Below, piece by piece: positions 59,640 through 64,000 of a DNA stretch of 64,000 nt. The DNA lies in contig CAKKPE010000050.1 in the NCBI GenBank assembly GCA_919901565.1, positions 6,016 through 70,015 of the forward strand, read 5' to 3'. A model generated the notes under the pieces. It was not told the DNA's origin, did not search any database, and saw nothing but the letters and a program-made list of their open reading frames with translations. Made by a program: the position numbers and the translations under genes. Source of the DNA: a bacterium. GTDB lineage: Bacteria; CG2-30-53-67. Position 1 is the first letter of the stretch. Each line of letters opens with the position of its first letter.

Positions 59640-62600
59640 ATGCCTCTTGATGTGGACAGGACAAGGAAACTTCTAAAGAACTTCGATTTCAGGAAGCTCT
59701 TTATTGATGAGCTGGGCTGGGATCGGCACACACAGGACCTTGACGTTACCGTTGACGGGAAAACGTATCAGCTTGCTGCCATTGCCCACAAGCGAGGGAT
59801 GGTCGCCTTTGAATGCCCTTCATCGGATAGCCTCCCCGGCTATCCCGTCAGAAGAAAAATAGACCAGCAGGTAACCAAATCCGTCCGGGAACATATCCTC
59901 ATCTTCACCGACGCTCAAAACACAATGCAGAACTGGCAGTGGGTGAAACGCGAGGCAGGAAGACCCGCTGCCTGCCGCGAACACACCTATCACAAAAACC
60001 AACCCGGCGATGCCCTCATCCAGAAGCTCCAGAACATCGCCTTCAGCCTCGAAGAAGAGGAAAAGCTCACCCTTGTGGACGTTGCCGGAAGGACACGGGC
60101 AGGCTTTGACGTGGAGCGTGTGACCAAGCGCTTCTACGATCGCTTCAAGACCGAGCACGGCTCATTCCTCGCATTCATCAAGGGAATCCCGGACCAAGAG
60201 CTTCAACGCTGGTATGCCTCGGTCATGTTGAACCGGCTCATGTTTATCTACTTCATTCAGAGGAAGGGCTTCCTGGACAGCAACGCCGATTATCTCAGGT
60301 CAAAGCTCACCGAAAGCAAACAGCGGAGCAAGGACAAATACTACTCAGGATTTCTCTGCCCGCTTTTCTTTGAAGGTTTCGCCAAGAAGGAGTCGGATCG
60401 CTCCGGGACAGTCAACAAACTCTTGGGAAAGATCCCCTATCTCAACGGCGGTCTGTTCCTTAAACACCAGATCGAAGAACTCCACGGGAAGACGATCCAG
60501 GTTCCCGACAGCGCCTTTGAGAGGCTCTTCGACTTCTTCGATCAGTACCACTGGCACCTCGATGAGCGGCCCCTCCGGTCCGACAACGAGATCAACCCCG
60601 ATGTGCTCGGCTATATCTTCGAGAAATATATCAACCAGAAGCAGATGGGGGCTTACTATACCAAGGAAGACATCACCGAGTACATCAGCAAGAACACGGT
60701 CATTCCCTTCCTCTTCGACGCGGCGAAGCAGAAGTGCAAGATCGCCTTTGAGTCCCCCACTATCGGTCATTCCCGACCTGATCGGGAATCCGGTGTGTCT
60801 TTGGACTCTACGATTTGGAACCTCCTTCAGCTTGATCCTGACCAGTACATCTACGAAGCTGTAAAGAAGGGTGTTGAACTTCCGCTGCCGGATGAGATCG
60901 CAAAGGGCTTAAAAGATGTTTCACAACGTACTGAATGGAACAAACCGGCGCCTGCCGAGTACGCCCTGCCCACGGAAATCTGGCGCGAGGTTGTAGCACG
61001 ACGGAAGCGATACGAAGAAGTGTGCGAAAAGCTCGCGAAGGACGAGATCAGGGACATCAATGATTTTATCACCTATAACCTCGACATCCGTCAGCTCGCC
61101 CAGGACGTGATAGAAACCAGCGAAGGCCCGGAACTGCTCAGGGCGTTTTACCATGCCATCGAAAAGGTGACGGTCCTCGACCCCACCTGCGGCTCCGGCG
61201 CATTCCTCTTCGCCGCATTGAATATCCTCGAACCGCTCTATGAAGCATGTTTAGATCGCATGCAAGTCTTCCTTGACGAGCTCGACCGCTCAGGCGAAAA
61301 GCACCGGCCCGAGAAATACAGCGACTTTCGTAAAATCCTCAGCCAAATCGAAAAGCATCCCAATCTGCGCTACTTCATCCTCAAGTCCATCATCGTGAAC
61401 AATCTCTATGGCGTGGACATCATGGAAGAGGCCATTGAAATCTGCAAGCTCCGTCTCTTCCTCAAGCTCGTGGCCCAGATTGACGACGTGAACAAGATTG
61501 AACCGCTTCCGGACATCGACTTCAACATCCGGGCAGGGAACACCCTTGTGGGTTTTGCAACGTATGAAGAAGTAAAACACGCTGTCACGAGCAAACTCGA
61601 TTTTGAAAACACCATGGGACGGATCGGAGAACAGGCGCAGGAAATAGACGGCCTGTTCAAGCGGTTCCATGAGCAACAGACCGAGCTCGGCGGCGAGGTC
61701 ACGCCCGGGGACAAGCAGGAACTTCGTAAGCGGCTCCAGACTTTGGAAAACGAACTGAACCAGTATCTCGCCGATGAGTACGGCGTTGACCTACGAAAGA
61801 AAGCCAGCTTCGAGAAGTGGCACGATTCCCACAAGCCCTTCCACTGGTTCATTGAATTTTATGGGATCATAAAGGATGGCGGGTTTGACGTGATCATAGG
61901 AAATCCGCCGTACGTTGAATTAAATGCGTTATCCGGATATGTGCCCTTGGGCTACACTTGTTTTGATGCTGGGAACCTATACGCGTTAGTTATTGAACGC
62001 TGCTATTCACTCTGCGCGAAGACAGGCCGTCAGGGATTTATCGTGCCGGTCTCTTCTGTGTCCACAGATCGTTATGTCAGCCTTCAGCGATTATTAACAA
62101 CGCGGCCATTGCACTACTGCTCATTTGATGATAGACCCTCTCGCCTGTTTGATGGACTTGAACATATCCGATTAACAATACACGTAATAGGTTCAGCAGG
62201 TACTACTCCTTATCTCTTTTCCAATCGATACAACAAGTGGCAGGCGCTAGAGCGACCAGTCCTATTTGACTGCCTTAACTATTCAAGAGTATTTGAGAGA
62301 CTAATAGATGCGAGCCTGCCGAAGTTCTCATCGGATGCAGAAGAAAACATCATCAAGGGTTTATCCTCACAAAAACAGAGGCTCTCAGCATTCTATAGAA
62401 GGAATGCTGCCAGCAAAATATTCTACTCACGCAAAGTCGGATATTTTCTTCAGGCACTGGATTTTGAACCGATGGTGAAGGACGGCTCAGGGAAACGGCG
62501 GCCACCTTCCGAATTCAAGGAACTCACTTTTGAGAGCGAGCGTAATGCCAAAGCAGCGTTATGCTGTCTTAATTCAAATCTATTCTATTGGTTTGTAACC

Positions 62601-62930
62601 GTATTTTCCGATTGCAGGCATGTGAACAAGAGAGAAATAGATAATTTCCCGGTTGAGTTGGAGCAGTTATCAAGCAAGGAACCTGGGGGAAACTTAATTG
62701 TGCTTGCAGATCAATTGATGCAAGATTTGCGCGATAATTCTGAGGCAACGCAAATGCGATTCGCGCATGATACGCTGACTGTTCAGTGCATTTACCCTAA
62801 GCGAAGCAAACCCATCATCGACGAAATCGACCGCGTGCTGGCGAAGCACTACGATTTTACGGACGAGGAACTGGACTTCATCATCAACTACGACATCAAG
62901 TATCGCATGGGCAAAACCGAGGATGATTAA
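59640..62930 (+). CDS. Eco57I-like N6-adenine DNA methyltransferase with a C-terminal target-recognition region
   Basis: IPYLNGGLF, GAYYT, VLDPTCGSGAFL, LYGVDI, GFDVIIGNPPY. Confidence 0.92.
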   Translation: MPLDVDRTRKLLKNFDFRKLFIDELGWDRHTQDLDVTVDGKTYQLAAIAHKRGMVAFECPSSDSLPGYPVRRKIDQQVTKSVREHILIFTDAQNTMQNWQWVKREAGRPAACREHTYHKNQPGDALIQKLQNIAFSLEEEEKLTLVDVAGRTRAGFDVERVTKRFYDRFKTEHGSFLAFIKGIPDQELQRWYASVMLNRLMFIYFIQRKGFLDSNADYLRSKLTESKQRSKDKYYSGFLCPLFFEGFAKKESDRSGTVNKLLGKIPYLNGGLFLKHQIEELHGKTIQVPDSAFERLFDFFDQYHWHLDERPLRSDNEINPDVLGYIFEKYINQKQMGAYYTKEDITEYISKNTVIPFLFDAAKQKCKIAFESPTIGHSRPDRESGVSLDSTIWNLLQLDPDQYIYEAVKKGVELPLPDEIAKGLKDVSQRTEWNKPAPAEYALPTEIWREVVARRKRYEEVCEKLAKDEIRDINDFITYNLDIRQLAQDVIETSEGPELLRAFYHAIEKVTVLDPTCGSGAFLFAALNILEPLYEACLDRMQVFLDELDRSGEKHRPEKYSDFRKILSQIEKHPNLRYFILKSIIVNNLYGVDIMEEAIEICKLRLFLKLVAQIDDVNKIEPLPDIDFNIRAGNTLVGFATYEEVKHAVTSKLDFENTMGRIGEQAQEIDGLFKRFHEQQTELGGEVTPGDKQELRKRLQTLENELNQYLADEYGVDLRKKASFEKWHDSHKPFHWFIEFYGIIKDGGFDVIIGNPPYVELNALSGYVPLGYTCFDAGNLYALVIERCYSLCAKTGRQGFIVPVSSVSTDRYVSLQRLLTTRPLHYCSFDDRPSRLFDGLEHIRLTIHVIGSAGTTPYLFSNRYNKWQALERPVLFDCLNYSRVFERLIDASLPKFSSDAEENIIKGLSSQKQRLSAFYRRNAASKIFYSRKVGYFLQALDFEPMVKDGSGKRRPPSEFKELTFESERNAKAALCCLNSNLFYWFVTVFSDCRHVNKREIDNFPVELEQLSSKEPGGNLIVLADQLMQDLRDNSEATQMRFAHDTLTVQCIYPKRSKPIIDEIDRVLAKHYDFTDEELDFIINYDIKYRMGKTEDD
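60766..60812 (+). repeat. RPE-like palindrome translated in frame within the MTase
   Basis: GTCATTCCCGA-CCTGA-TCGGGAATCC...TGGACTC, translated as HSRPDRESGVSLDS. Confidence 0.7.
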
Positions 62931-62977
62931 TGTTTGATGGGAGACAATGTGGCTTAAAGCGGTTGTAATTATAGGCT

Positions 62978-64000
62978 ATGGCGCAGAACATGTCAAAATA
63001 TATTAAGCTGTTAAATGAATATCTCAACTTTGTAAAAGATAATAAGGATTCCTTCGATGACTCCGAAAGGAGACTTGTCGATCTTTTTCTAAAACATTTC
63101 GACGAGCTTGTAGAAAGCGGCACCGCCCATGGGAAAAGAGCAAAACTTGTAAATACAATTATTCAGCGAAATGGACAAGCAATCTCCTCAGAATTAATTT
63201 TATCCCCGGAAGCTGTTAATGGAAGATCGTTCTCGTTTGCGTCGATAGCATCATTGACAGTAGAAAACTTTAGGGGTTTTTCACAAAAAGAGGTGATACC
63301 TTTTGACAGGCGTTATACATTTATATACGGCCCGAATGGCAGCGGAAAGTCGAGTCTATGCGAAGCTTTGGAATATTCAATGCTGGGATATATAAACGAG
63401 GCCATTGCGAAGAGAATTGAAACAAGTCAATATATAATGAACAGGATAACTGGCAAAGCTTCATTGCCAATATTGGAAGGCACATCTCCCAGGGGAACCC
63501 CTATAAAGATTGCAGCAGAACACGCTCTACATCACTTCTGTTTTATCGAGAAGAGCAGGATTGAGAATTTCGCCCGCATTTCTGCCAACACTCCAAATGA
63601 AAAGAAACATTTATTAGCGTCTCTTTTTGGGCTGGACGAATTTAACGATTTTGTCAGCAACTTCACAGGCCGCATCGAAGATTATATTGACGTGAAGGGG
63701 ATGAAAGCCGAGGAACTGAAGAAGAAATCTGAAGGCCTGAGCGTTCATAAAGAAAATATTCTACAAGAAACTAAAAAGTTAACCGCCATGGAATCTGAAG
63801 GCCAGCAGTTGACCGCTGAAGCGGCTTTGAAGATGCAATTTGATGCCTTAGATACGCATATCCATGGCGATGAAAGCAACAATGGACGGCTTGCTGAAAT
63901 CGATGAATCGCTGAATATGCCGATTGGTAAAGCATGTGTCGCGCCAACGACAGCAGCTCTGGATGCTGCTTTTAGCGAAACTGACACTATCATCAAAACT
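62978..64000 (+). CDS. SMC/RecF/Rad50-like ABC ATPase, 3' end outside the window (absent from the ORF track)
   Basis: No stop codon seen to the window end; LTVENFRGF, FIYGPNGSGKSSLCEALEY; lower GC than the backbone. Confidence 0.85.
   Translation, partial: MAQNMSKYIKLLNEYLNFVKDNKDSFDDSERRLVDLFLKHFDELVESGTAHGKRAKLVNTIIQRNGQAISSELILSPEAVNGRSFSFASIASLTVENFRGFSQKEVIPFDRRYTFIYGPNGSGKSSLCEALEYSMLGYINEAIAKRIETSQYIMNRITGKASLPILEGTSPRGTPIKIAAEHALHHFCFIEKSRIENFARISANTPNEKKHLLASLFGLDEFNDFVSNFTGRIEDYIDVKGMKAEELKKKSEGLSVHKENILQETKKLTAMESEGQQLTAEAALKMQFDALDTHIHGDESNNGRLAEIDESLNMPIGKACVAPTTAALDAAFSETDTIIKT

Overview
Bacterial chromosome window, moderately GC-rich and diderm (Mla/AsmA/PEP-CTERM genes). The gene content suggests an anaerobic Desulfobacterota/Nitrospirota-like organism (inference). 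The housekeeping backbone comprises glnB-glnA with a sigma-54 promoter, an AsmA-like protein, guaB-guaA, two Mla/MCE operons, ahbD-hemE-hemH, rnpB, rpsU-yqeY-mutS2-dnaG-rpoD-tRNA(CAU), Rrf2-cysK, and a Se/W formate-dehydrogenase support cluster (fdhD, LysR, tatC, selA, tatA/B, tupBCA). Accessory DNA is interspersed: a Fic/XRE/ImmA/ECF/AbiE island, two attC-like cassettes, a RAYT with REPs, and a PLD-SNF2 helicase + Eco57I-like MTase + ATPase defence-like locus at the right edge. Most notable: (1) a RAYT bracketed by perfect 101-bp REP-containing direct repeats, with a third copy translated in frame inside the gene; (2) three integrase-free insertions, each bracketed by a duplicated gene 3' end or promoter; (3) about eight families of miniature palindromic repeats, some translated inside proteins or supplying stop codons; (4) an MlaF fused to a degenerate GGDEF-like domain; (5) a shared ECF-like promoter upstream of both PEP-CTERM genes. 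All calls were made by eye, with no database searches.
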